A DNA stretch of 64,000 bases from the NCBI RefSeq assembly GCF_006345805.1, contig NC_043005.1, positions 71,920,001 to 71,984,000 on the forward strand. Direction: 5' to 3'. Positions 41,340 to 53,227 of the stretch are shown here, in pieces. The first letter of the stretch is position 1. Each line of letters begins with the position of its first letter. The stretch is from Octopus sinensis (taxonomy: Eukaryota). A model generated the notes under the pieces. That model searched no databases. It was not told where the DNA came from and saw nothing but the letters and a program-made list of their open reading frames with translations. Made by a program: the position numbers and the translations under genes.

Positions 41340-41545
41340 GTGTGTATGTGTTTGTCCTCCCAACATCACTTGACAACTGATGCTGGTGCGTTGCGTCCCC
41401 GTAACTTAGCGATCCGGCAAAAGAGACTGATAGAATAAGCACTAGGTTTACAAAGAATAAGTCCTGGGGTCGATTTGCTCGACTAAAGGCGGTGCTCCAG
41501 CATGGCCACAGCCAAATGACTGAAACAAGTAAAAGAGTAAAAGAG
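41135..41545 (+). mobile_element. SINE family A, full length
   Basis: Head, core and tail as in other copies. Confidence 0.9.
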
Positions 41546-41964
41546 AAGAGTAAAGGAAGAAATGAAATGAGAGGAGAGAAAGGCTTAACAAACTCAGCCT
41601 CGACCTCCACCAACATTGCAAAGCGGTCACTTGCTGCTCTCTAACAACTTTGCTGCCAGACCACTTAAAATTCAGAAAATAGCAAAGTTTTTATGTCTAC
41701 AACCGTGATTCCCAAATGATGAATGGGAGATGTTTAGCTCACTGTGAAAATATTAAAATTCTATTTTCGTAATATAAACTGTGTGCAACGTTGGCTAAAA
41801 GTTTTGTTGTACATACATGTACTTGTGTGTGTGAGGAGGGATGAATGTGAGTGTGTGTGTGTGTATGTGTTTGTATAAAGCTACGCATCACCATCATCGT
41901 CATTATTGTCTTAATGTCTACTTTGCAATGCTCCCCTCTAAAAGGAGCCTGTCACATATATGAA

Positions 41965-42155
41965 TGCGTAGCCATATTTCGTCTGTCGTTACATTCTGAG
42001 TTCAAATTCCGCCGAGGTCGACTTTGCCTTTCATCCTTTCGGGGTCGATAAATTAAGTACCAGTTTCTCACTGGGGTCGATGTAATCAACTTAATCCCTT
42101 TGTCTGTCTTTGTTTGTCCCCTCTATGTTTAGCCCCTTGTGGGTAGTAAAGAAAT
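41965..42155 (+). mobile_element. SINE family B, 5'-truncated
   Basis: ATTTCGTCTGTCGTTACATTCTGAGTTCAAATTCCGCCGAGG...GTAGTAAAGAAATA. Confidence 0.9.
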
Positions 42156-42199
42156 ATATATGAATGTATGTCTGTATGCTGTGTGTGTATGTGTGTTGT

Positions 42200-42484
42200 T
42201 CCTTCTCGAGCCAGGCTCATAAGGGCCGGTTTCCCGGTTTCCTTGGAATATAGGTTCCCCACCTGGACGGGACGCCGGTACGTCACAGGTGAGCTGCAAG
42301 ATGCAGGAGGAAAGAGTGAGAGAAACTTGTGGCGAAGTCAGCATAAGTTCATCATTACCTTCTACCGGAGCTGTATGGAGCTTAGGTGTTTCACTCATAA
42401 ACGCACACATCGCCCAGTCTGAGATTCGAACCAGCGATTCATCGACCTCGAGTCCACTGCTCTAACCACTAGGCCATGTGCCTC
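42200..42484 (-). mobile_element. SINE family D
   Basis: ...GATTCGAACCAGCG...CTAACCACTAGGCCATGTGCCTC is the reverse complement of a tRNA-like head. Confidence 0.8.
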
Positions 42485-42489
42485 TACTG

Positions 42490-43157
42490 TGTGTGTGAGT
42501 GTAAGTTTTTGTGTCTGTGTTTGTCCCCTACCACTGCTTCACAACCAGTGTTGTTGTATTTACATCCTTGTTGTAACTTAGCAGTTCAGCAAAAGATATC
42601 AATAGCATAAGTACCAGACTTTAAAAAAAACCCCAAAAAACAAGCACTAGGCACAGGAGTGGCTGTGTGGTAAGAAGCTTACTTCCCAACTACATGGTTT
42701 TGGGTTCAGTCCCACTGTGTGACACCTTAGGCAAGTGTCTTCCACTCTAGCCTCGAGCCAACCAAAGCTTTATGAGTAGATTCGGTAGATGGAAAACTGG
42801 AAGAAGCTCATCATGTGTGTGTGTTTGTGTGTGTGAATGTATGTATGTATTTGTGTGTCTGTGTGTGTCCCCCACCATCACCAGACAACTAATGTTGGTG
42901 CGTTTATGTCCCTGTAACTTAGCAGTTTGTCAAAAGAGACCGATAGAAATAAGTACCAGGCTTACAAAGAATAAGTCTTGGGGTCGATTTGTCCAACTAA
43001 AAGCTGGTGCTCCAGCAGAGCCACAGTGAAATGACTGAAACAAGTAAAAGAATAAAAGAACAAAAGAACTAGGGTCTGATCCATTCAACTAAAATTCTTC
43101 AAGATGATGCCCCAGCATGGCCACAGTCAAATAACTGAAACAAGTAAAAGTTACAAG
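42490..43157 (+). mobile_element. Family A SINE (42650-43065) nested in the tail of another family A copy
   Basis: Outer tail breaks at ACTAGG (42645) and resumes after ACTAGG (43068). Confidence 0.8.
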
Positions 43158-44124
43158 ACATGTCTATGTCTGCTTACAACAACAAGAACTTAAAACAACT
43201 TGCAAAAATCATGGAACACATTATCAAGCCACTCACTTGTGGGTAACAGCTATGGAATTATATAAGTGAAATTTTATATTCTTAGTAAATGTCTGATTGC
43301 TATTGAATGGTGGTAAGCCATACTATAGCTAAACTGGTGGAACCTCTATTATAGAGGTTTTCCAAAAGCTTTTCTTTTCCAGTTAACTCCTGGCAACCAT
43401 TTTGAAAGTGAATTTTCCTCCTATCTGTTTTGTTCAATAAATTGAGTTTAGACTTTTACCACAATAAAACAACTGACAAATAGAAATTTAAAATAGTGTT
43501 TTTAAACATTATTAAGTTCAACTAACGATAACAATAAAAATAGTACATAACAATGTTATTTCTCTTATTCACTTATTTATGAACTAATGGGGAACAGATA
43601 GTAGAACAAAACAGTCTGCTGAATTAGACTACTCCATTAGCAATAAAATAAATAGATAGATAAATAAATAAATTTTAAAAAATAAATATGTAAATAAATA
43701 AAAAATTGAAGTCAACAATAGAGATCATTAAATCCAAAGTGATTAGACAGAAAAAAATTGTTAAGTTTTTCACCTACTTCAAATTTTCTTCTCAGTGTCA
43801 AATTTAAAAAAAAATTATAATTGCTCAAGATAAAATATGTATAAATTCATAATCAGTAAATTTACTTCCTAGATAGGCAAAAGGCAAAATTTGCCTATCT
43901 AGGAATTCTCTCCAATGTGGTGTGAATTGATCTCACATTTGGGTACCCTGATCTATACAGTTTTAAAATTGCACCACTCGAACTTAAAAAGGAAACAAAT
44001 TGTGTAACCAAGTTACAACTTCAAAAATGAAAAGAATGTCTTTAGTCATAAGTCTGGGGTTTATGATTAACAAACTTCAAACATCTCACTTCAATTTATT
44101 TGTTTTAAAAAATAAAAAAGACCA

Positions 44125-44295
44125 AACGTCCTTCCCGAGTCATTGTTCATAAGGATAGGATGCTACTTATATCACAGAGTAACTTGAAATGAAGTGTTTT
44201 GCTCAAGAACACAATGTATCGCACAGTTCAGGAATTGAAACCAAAATCTTATGAATCATAGATGCAACACCCTAAAAACTAAGCCCTGTGTCTCC
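44125..44295 (-). mobile_element. SINE family E, diverged
   Basis: GTGTTTTGCTCAAGAACACAATG...CAACACCCTAAAAACTAAGCC. Confidence 0.7.
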
Positions 44296-45193
44296 ACAAT
44301 AGTTGCAAACAGGTTTGATAAAGATAAACTAGAATATTAGTTTTTGGGTGTTTTTAAAAAATTTCATTATGAAGCATACCTCTGCCTGCCCAAGTCTTCA
44401 AATTTGGTCATATTTAATAGTAGAATTTATTATCAAACCCAAAGTTAGACCTGGTCAAACAAATCTATGATAAAAACGTTTGAGTTGTGACAATCTTCTG
44501 TGTTTTTTATCTATCTTTATTGTTACATGGTCTACATTATTCAGTATATCCTTCCTTTTTTTTAAGATAACACATTTAGCTACTACTTTTACCTGATCAA
44601 GTTATCACATAGAGGTTGTCCTGTTGATGCGAAATTTAATAGTTTGTAATGTAAAAACTCATCCAGAGACTCTGGTTTTCATATCCAAAGTGAATGTCTT
44701 CAGTGAGGTCTCGGTGACCTAACGGGTTACAGAATAATTAATTTTGAAAATATAAATTGACTTTCTGTTATAATTAACAATACAAACAAGTTAGCTGCTT
44801 TTTCAACTTTTATTTTTGATAATGAGTTGGACTGCTTAGATTCAGATTACTTTCATTTTCAACAAATTCTGCAGTAGTTAACATTTTAATGAAAATATTT
44901 GCTTTTTATGGTTTTAAATATTTGCAATTTGTAGTTGTAGCTTTTTCTCCAGGGTATTAGCCTGAGCAAAGATATAAAGAAATTGGTTTGTCCAAAAATA
45001 AGAATCACCCTGTAATTTTTACTAGTAATATTCAAATGAAAGGTAGTACAATACAATAGGTCACTGTTATAGTTGACTTTTTGGGCATCAGCCAGAGTAT
45101 ACATACATACATATATATAAAATAAACTTGGAAATGGATGTGTGTTCAATCATATAATAATATAAATAATATATATATATATATGTACATACT

Positions 45194-45234
<41 letters not shown>

Positions 45235-45289
45235 TATATATATAGATAGATAGATAGAAAGATAGATATAGATATATGCATATATACAT

Positions 45290-45620
45290 ACAGGACATCA
45301 CAAAACGTAAACAACGTGAAATATGAAAACAACATGAATTACAAACTATGAATATATTATGAAATATGAAGGCAAACTTAGGTATGCATACAACAAGAAA
45401 AGCAAATGGAAAACAAGACAAGTAACATAAAGAATGACCCTTCATCAGTTGTCGGCTATTCATCTACTCCATACTTTGAACAATTAACGACAATATGAGG
45501 CTTCGAAAAATAGTTGCTCCCGTGAGCCAAACTCAGAATTTGGGATTTGTGGAAGGTCAAAGTTGGTAACAAAAACAGGACGGTGGAGACATTCAACAAA
45601 CCAAAACAGAAACAAACATG
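45290..45620. mobile_element. Unclassified interspersed repeat remnant, possibly a Penelope-like terminal region
   Basis: Distinct composition with GACCCTTCATCAGTTGTCGGC; classification from recall only. Confidence 0.3.
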
Positions 45621-46069
45621 GAGGGCTGTTAGGCAAGATGAGGTAAGGTAGGAAATGCTGGATGAATATTCTTTGACAAGAGAAAAGATAGGAGAGGAGA
45701 TAGATAAGAATGTGTCTGGTCTTTATGACAGACTGAAGGAAAAGAAAGATGATCAAGATGAGCACATGAGGGAAAGAAAGATGGACGATGGTCACATGTG
45801 TGCAATGAGAGAGAGAGTAAAGGAGGAAGAGGGAGAGAGACAGACAGACATAGAAAAACAGTGAAGGGAGAAAAAACAAAAAGAGAGAAATATATATTTG
45901 AAAGAATGAGTAAGCCATCTCTATTCATTCTTTCAAGTATATATATAATACTGTACAAAGAACTTCCTCTTTATTATTCTAACATACACACACACACATA
46001 AATATTCACCAATGAGGATGAGTGCTCAACACCACTTTGATGGATAGAAATTTTTTATTTGTGTATTGT

Positions 46070-46212
46070 GGCAACCATTAGTTTCATGTTAAGAAATATC
46101 TCAGGAATTCTTCAAGCCAATCATAGAAAACTTGGAGGCAAAAACCAATTTTTCTATATGATTGGTTTGAAGAAGTGTTGAGATATTTCTTAACATGAAA
46201 CCAGTGGTAGCC
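46070..46212. mobile_element. Fold-back MITE, same family as 9367
   Basis: ~60-bp arms GGCAACCATTAGTTTCATGTTAAGAAATATCTCA / TGAGATATTTCTTAACATGAAACCAGTGGTAGCC. Confidence 0.8.
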
Positions 46213-46224
46213 GTAACCATGGTC

Positions 46225-46803
46225 TATGCCAGTGTCACATAACCAGCCCATTTAAGAGTACCCTTCAATCATTGGGTAATAAACTGTGCTCCAGAAGACC
46301 TGTTGAGTGAAGTGCAATCATTGTTGTGGGCAATGCCTGTACTGCCTGACAGGCACCCGTGCAAGTGAAGTGTATAAAGCACCACTCGAGCAAGGTTGAA
46401 GCCAGTCCCACTGGATTGGCTCCTGTGCTGGTGGTCTGTAAAATGCACCATATGAATGCGGTCGATACCAGTGCTGCTTGACTGGTCCCATGCCAATGCA
46501 CATAAAAAGCACCATTCGAGCATGGTCAGTGCCAGTGCCACCTTCCTGACTCTCATGCCGGTGGAACGTAAAAAGCACCATGTGAGCATGGCCATTGCCA
46601 GTGTTGCCTGACTGGCCCACATGCCGGTGACACATAAAAAGCACCTGCTACACTCTCAGAGTGGTCGGCGTTAGGAAGAACATCCAGCTGTAGAAACCTT
46701 GCCAGATCAGATTAGAGACTGGTGGAGCCATCTGGCTTGCGAATCCTCAGTCAAACCGTCCTACCCATGCCAGCATGGAAAGCAGACGTTAAACGATGAT
46801 GAT
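46225..46803 (+). mobile_element. RTE-LINE 3' UTR (family C) with internal tandem subrepeats
   Basis: Repeated TAAAAAGCACC.. units, then the standard 3' end and (GAT)n tail. Confidence 0.85.
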
Positions 46804-46819
46804 ATACAAACACATGATG

Positions 46820-46972
46820 AACTTCTTTCTGTTTCCATCTACCAAGTCAACGCACTAAGCTTTGGTTAGCCAGGGGCTATAGAAAAAGACACTTGGCTAG
46901 GTGCTACGCTGTGGGAATGAACCTAGAAGCAAGTGGTTAGAAGCAAACGTCTTGCAACACAACCACACCTAA
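46820..46972 (-). mobile_element. SINE family A, 5' half
   Basis: CTTCTTTCTGTTTCCATCTACC...GGCTATAGAAAAAGACACTTGG...CAACACAACCACAC. Confidence 0.8.
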
Positions 46973-47317
46973 GTTCTGTTACTGAGGTGACATAATTAGT
47001 ACTGGCAGTGGGGTTAAAGGTATCATAGTAACTAGGATTTGAAAATAGATTTAAAATCATAGGAACTATTATTCCTGTTGGAAATGTCATTTCCTTTCGC
47101 TAGATATAAAAAGAAATCTGGTTAGACGAATATGTGAGAATTTTGTTGGTAACAAGATAATGAAAATGAATTCTGGGTATGTGATTATTAATACAGACCC
47201 AATTAAGTAAGGCCTATTGGATATTCAATGTCTGGTTCCAAGAAAGATTGACTGCATTCTGTAGAAGCAATGCAGCTGGTGTGAATAGATGATGCCAATA
47301 GATATTATATTCTGTGT

Positions 47318-47851
47318 TTAAAACTTTGGCATTTAAACCAAAGGCACGTGGCTTAGTGGTTAGGGTATTCGGTTCACAATCATAAGGTTGTGAGTTCAAT
47401 TCCCAGTGATATATTGTGTTCTTAAGCAAGACACTTTATTTCATGTTGTTCCAGTCCACTCAACTGACAAAAATGAGTAGTACCTGAATTTCAAAGGGCC
47501 AGCCTTAAATTTCTCTGAGAACTACATTAAGTGTATGTGTGTATGTCTGTGGAGTACTCAGTCACTTGCACGTTAATTTCATGGAATTGGATCAACTGGA
47601 ACTCTCATCATTGTAACTGATGGACTGCCAGTTATTTAAACTGACCATATCGGGCTCGAATATTCTATCTGCTTTATATTCAGACCAGTCAGTCCTGGCC
47701 TCTCACACCTACCTTAGAATATCATTCTGGAAATAAGCAATCATATCATAAAAATTACACAGCCATACGAAAATGCATGATTAATTCAAAGCAATATGAA
47801 TAAATGAGCATTTTTTTTTCTCACAAAGTAATCAGAATGGTAAAGGTTTAA
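47318..47851. mobile_element. piggyBac-like MITE split by a family E SINE (47339-47633)
   Basis: Degenerate ends TTAAAACTTTGGCATT / AATGGTAAAGGTTTAA; SINE flanked by ATTTAAAC at 47331-47338 and 47634-47641. Confidence 0.7.
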
Positions 47852-48179
47852 AAGATGGCCAAATTTTGGTGTTGGAAAACAGGCACCTAAAAACCTAACC
47901 ACATTGTTTCAGATTCAGTTTCACTGAGTTACATCTTGGGTATGTGTCTACTTATATAGGCCTTAGCTGACCAAATATTAATGAATGGATATGGTAGATG
48001 GAAACTGAAAGAAGCTTATCATATATATATATATAAAATATAAATTAGAGATAAAACCGCTATTATACACTATTATGTATTGGTTTATGTCTATCAATGT
48101 TTGAGTTGCATAATAGTGGTTTTATCTCTAATATATATTTTATATATCTAAACTGGGAAATTTGATTTAATACATATAC

Positions 48180-48199
<20 letters not shown>

Positions 48200-48210
<11 letters not shown>

Positions 48211-48480
48211 TTATTTGTGTCTTTTTGTCACATCATGTGATAGTTGCAAGTGGGTGTTACTGTCATATGAACAGTTTTATTCACTTTCAGTATGGCATGA
48301 AAACATGTCTGGCCTTGGGGAAATATTACTGGATGGTGAAACAGGTGAGGAGTGGGGGTAACAGGAAGAGCATCCAACCATAGAAAATATATCTCTCTCT
48401 TAAAAAAACTATACCCAACCAATGAAAGCATGGAAAAGTGTACATTAAAACAATGATGGTGATGATGATGATGATGATGA
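48200..48480 (+). mobile_element. RTE-LINE 3' end variant (family C)
   Basis: AAAACATGTCTGGCCTTGGGGAAATATTAC...AGGAAGAGCATCCAACCATAGAAA...(GAT)n. Confidence 0.7.
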
Positions 48481-49215
48481 CAACGACATAACCACCAGGC
48501 ATCACTAATGAGTTGATATAAAAATCAAGATGCCTGAAAAGATGATTTAGTTCATTTCAATCAAACTATGCAAATATGGAGAAAGATGGATGCTGAAACA
48601 ATGATGATGATGATGATGATGATGATGATAATTGTGATGATTAGGACAATAAATATATGAACTACACAAGATATGAACTGGTTTGAAGAATTACATTTTT
48701 CTTTTATTTTTTCTTTCATAACTGGAAAGTAATAGTTCAATGTTTAATGTGTCATAGACTGCCTGAAAAACATTTCATTAATAACTTCTCATCATCACCA
48801 TAAGTACCTCAGTGAGAGATGTAATATTACTAACATAAAATTAGAGGCTGCTATATTTCATAAATGCAAATTCATAAACAGCTGCTCTTTAATATTTAAT
48901 AACTTTTTCTGTAACAAGACTTGCTTCAGAAACTGGGTAAACTGTATTAATAGTTTTTATATGTTCACTAGGTTATCAGTTTTCGTATATATAAACAGAC
49001 TATATTTAAATGTCTACAGCCAACAGCTATATATCTTTCTTGTGTTACAAACAATTAAATATTCCAGTTTTCTTCCGTCTTGGAAATATTTTGGTACTAT
49101 CTAATATCCGTTGAGCTTTCCTTTTCTTTTCTTAGAATCTGACAATGCTCTATAAGTTTTCAAAGTTAATTAAATTAAAAATATATAAAAATAAATGCGA
49201 TCTTTTTTTAAAGCG

Positions 49216-49442
49216 TAGCCAGGCTCACGGGCCCAGTTTCCCAGTTTCTATGGCATATTCCCCAGCTGGATGGGATGCCAGTCCATCACAGTATTACTCA
49301 TTTTTGCCAGCTGAGTAGACTGGAGTAACAGGAAATGAGGTGTTTTGCTCAGGAACACAATACATCGCCCAGTCCAGGAATCAAAACCACAATCTTACGA
49401 TCATGATGCTGACACCCTAACCACTAAGCCACGTGGCTCCAC
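49216..49442 (-). mobile_element. SINE family E/D-related
   Basis: ACTCATTTTTGCCAGCTGAGTAGACTGGAG...CCCTAACCACTAAGCCACGTGGCTCC. Confidence 0.8.
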
Positions 49443-50019
49443 AAATCAAAAATATAAAACTTTTTAATTTGCTTCTATGGCTTGTTGCACCTAACAATGA
49501 ACTGGTATGATAAGAGGAGTATGATTTACCAGCATAAAAAGCAAATGTGAGTTTAACAAGATCAATGCATTAGTTTGCAACATTGACAAATAAGATAGGG
49601 CAGAGCTCTCATCAACACACACACATATATGTGTGTCTATGTGTTCCCCCTGCCACCATATGACAACTGATGCTGGTTTGTTTATTTCCCCATAACTTAG
49701 TGCTTCAGTTAAAAAAGACCAATAGAATATGATCCAGGCTTAAATATAAATAATGGAGTTCATTTCCAGTGATTGAAACAACACACACACATGCACGCAG
49801 GCAAACATTGTTAACTCTTCTATGTCTTGCAGTCACTAGTAGCAGTGGTATGAAGGTGGCCATGTGCTGTAACAGCACATCATTGCAGCCAACGTTTGTT
49901 GGCAATTTGCTACTCTTAGCAGATGAAATCTTTGCACCAGTTAGGCAATATTCCTCCAGCCCATGGGCCTGTTTGGGTAGTTGTTACTGGTGAGAGTTTT
50001 TCCTATTTTTATCTATTTA

Positions 50020-50220
50020 GCCAGGCTCATGGGCCCGGTTTCTGTGGCGTATGTATTCCCCCCAGAAACAGGAAGAAAGAGTGAGAGAAAGTTGGGGTGA
50101 AAGAGTACAACAGAGTACACCACACTGCCGGAGCCTCGTGGAGCTTTAGGTGTTTTCACTCAATAAACACTACACCCGGTCTGGGAATTGAAGCCGCGAT
50201 CCTCCGACTGCGAGTCCGCT
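50020..50220 (-). mobile_element. SINE family D, truncated
   Basis: GGAGCTTTAGGTGTTTTCACTCAATAAACAC...GCGATCCTCCGACTGCGAGTCCGC. Confidence 0.8.
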
Positions 50221-50419
50221 AAATCCTACCTCAAATTATTTTAGTCATCTTTTATGACACGTAAAGGAAACGTTGAGTCTGTCCTTTGACATGCTGATCC
50301 CCACACAGCACAGAGGAAAATTATTTCACATGAATCTTAACATAAACAGACCCAATGGATTCTAGAGGTTTACAAACATGTAAATACCTTTTACACCTCT
50401 TCAATTCATACGTGGGACA

Positions 50420-50860
50420 GATATTCACCTGTTGTTTCTACGTGTTGATTGAATTGCAGAGAATAAATTAATGACTATTGTTATGTATTTGAGAGGTATG
50501 GAACACACGCAACAGTTTTCAATTTCCTACTCAAATAATTTAAGTTTATGTTTCGACCGTGCAATTCAAGGCTGTACTTTAAAATAACTGCCATAGAACA
50601 TCTTGTTTTAAATGGCATTTTGTAACGAACAATCATAAATCATGTCCCTCTGTTTATGTCTTCGTTTTAAAGATGGCGGCAGATTTATTCCTCCGAGCTT
50701 CCAGGGCAAATAAACAGTGATTAGATGGTCAATAAACATTATATCGCCTGTCTCAAGATCATTATGTCATTTCGTAGAAACGAGTTCGCCAATTACGTCA
50801 TACCGAGACGCTGTCGTCGTTTTTGTTTAAAACTCTTTGACAAATCATTAAAGTCGTAAG
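50420..50860. promoter_or_regulatory. Candidate CpG-rich, possibly bidirectional promoter / first-exon region
   Basis: Sharp rise in CpG; YY1-type motif AAGATGGCGGC at 50670-50680; plus-strand donor TC|GTAAGT at 50856; minus-strand donor CAG|GTGAAT at 50428. Confidence 0.5.
50725..50855 (+). CDS. Candidate first coding exon (or uORF) of an unidentified gene: MVNKHYIACLKIIMSFRRNEFANYVIPRRCRRFCLKLFDKSLK
   Basis: Open frame from ATG 50725 (in-frame ATG 50764) to a consensus GTAAGT donor in phase 2; no family recognised. Confidence 0.35.
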
Positions 50861-51107
50861 TAACTGAATGGGAATAACGTCTTACAAAGCTGAGTATGTG
50901 ATTTGCTTGCTTTTATGGATGATCTATAATAGGTTTAGTGTCAGTCTGGGCGTCTGGAACTATAATAAACCAAAGACGAAATACGTAGTCGATTGATTTA
51001 GAAAGTTATTGGGAGGAGACGGTTGGATTATCCTACTTAACTACATTGAAATTATGGCCAAGGTGGTTTTCTTCTCTTAACTATTGGTTTCCATTACACC
51101 TGCACCT

Positions 51108-51222
<115 letters not shown>

Positions 51223-51335
51223 ATATATATGTGTATATATGTGTATATATATATATGTATATATATGTATATGTATATATGTGTATATGTATGTATATGT
51301 GTATATGTATATATGTGTATATGTATATATATATG

Positions 51336-51402
<67 letters not shown>

Positions 51403-51437
51403 ATGCCTGTTTTGCCTATCGGCTTTATGTAGGTACT

Positions 51438-51660
51438 ACTTGAGAACAGTGGTCCCGGTGCGCACACTCGCATAGTCACGCATCCGCGCTAGCTAGTCGT
51501 GACTAGTCGATCCTACAACGACTACCTAGCAAAGTAAATAAAACACAAAATAAATAATTTTTTAAACAAATTAACACAAAAACACAAAGTAAGGATCGAC
51601 TAGTCATGACTAGCTAGCGCGGATGCGCGAGTGCGCGCACCGGGACCACTGTTCTCAAGT
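51438..51660. mobile_element. CpG-rich fold-back element (MITE-like) with ~70-bp arms
   Basis: Left arm 51438-51514 ACTTGAGAACAGTGGTCCCGGTGCGC...CTAGTCGATCCT; right arm 51592-51660 is its reverse complement; AT-rich spacer. Confidence 0.85.
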
Positions 51661-53227
51661 GCATGCTGTACATGTACAGCTGTTTGTTTAAACTTTTCAA
51701 TAATTGCTGTTTTAGTTAAAGTTAAGTACCAGTGAGGTACTGAGGCTGATTTAATGAATATATTGAAGTCACAGGAAGCTTCCATAAACATCTGACTTAG
51801 TGCTTGTTTTTTGTCGTATTATTTTATCAAAGATATTAATAAAACGTGACTTTTTCCAACTACGTGTAATGCCATTTATTATGTAGGGTTGTCATTGTGT
51901 ACAAGTCGTGTACTACCTGTTAATGGGTGACTTAAAATATTTGCTTAATTACTTTAATTATATTTATGCTATTTCGATGAAATTTTTTTTCTTGCTCTGT
52001 AGCTATATATTTCCTTACACAGATTTAATCGACTGTTTGCCCTTCCCATAAATTTGAGGCATTGTACCTCTATTAGAAATCAATTTAGTCACGTAAAACA
52101 GTTTTTCAATGTTTGAATGCATATAACATCTCATGTAGCAGTTTGTTGGGCGAAAGTTAAGGATTACCACCCAATCAATAAATGAATGACTGAAGAAAAT
52201 CAGTTTCTGTCATGAATATTTTGTAAATTACATGTTATTGCCACACCAATGGTTCTTCGATTTGGCAATAAAAACATTTTTGTCTTAGCGATAAGAAAGA
52301 ATATTCTTCTTTTAAAATTAGTTTTGTGTTGTAAATTCAGCACTGGTTGAATTATTTTACAATTACGATTTTATTGTATCAAAACTAATTCATCCATAAT
52401 TTCATTTTTATCTCGTATTGTAATACCAATAATAACAATAATAATAATTATTATTACTATATTATTATTAAAACAACTAATGACTGTTTTTAAAGAGTTT
52501 CCAATGCTTTCATTAATTTATATTACTGAATTATGTATTTCACAACATAAAGTCACTTTATTTCCGAACTTTTTCAGTTACAAATAATTAAATTTTGCAT
52601 AATATATTATTTTTCTTTTAAAGAAGAAAAATAATAATTGTGTGCGTAAATCCGAATTTCAAACAATGGTAATCATAATTATGACAAATGACAAATTTTA
52701 TGCATTCAAACATTGTTTCCTTCTTTGTTTAAACTCAAAGCCAATTCTTTACGCAAAAGATTGAATGGATCTCTCTTTGACTATTTGGTACTTTATTACT
52801 GTTTATCTTGTTTAGCTCCGGCCAAACCCATATTCGTTTTTTTTTTTAAATATCCAATGTTTAGAGAATTTGGCTTCTATTTCTAACTGCTCATACAACT
52901 ACGTCGAATTTATCTGATTGGTTTGTTGGCATTGTCCTATTTGGTGATTCTATGGCTATTGTTCTTTTGCTTGAGTCATCTTTAGTCTTCTAGCTGTAAT
53001 CACATAAAACTACGTTATCCAAAGCGCTCTATTTTATTTTATTAAAACAGTTACATCTACAGCTTACAGTAGGGGATACCTTGCTGGTGCAGCTAATTGC
53101 CAGATTTGGAAGTTGGTGGGATAAAATGAGAGAACTTATTATTACGATGTTTGTATTTCCTATTGTTTTAGCAATGCCCTCTGACCCACGTCAACAACAG
53201 CAACTGTTCTCAAAGTAACAAATGCTA

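Noticed and set aside
44951-45040. Protein-like frame PEQRYKEIGLSKNKNHPVIFTSNIQMK before a GTAGTA donor
   Set aside because: The strong acceptor (TTTTTCTCCAG) places a TAG in this frame; only a weak downstream AG would rescue it
45425-45455. Minus-strand CTGATGAAGGG hammerhead-like core
   Set aside because: No closing stem II or GAAA in this copy; at most a decayed remnant
46330-46650. Short repeated units separated by variable spacers, superficially CRISPR-like
   Set aside because: The spacers are related to one another and the block is part of the RTE 3' UTR in a eukaryotic context; no cas genes
52023-52091. Open frame that would join the 50725 and 53051 candidates in phase
   Set aside because: The sequence is a degenerate SINE B tail (GATTTAATCGAC...AAATTTGAGGCATTGTACC)
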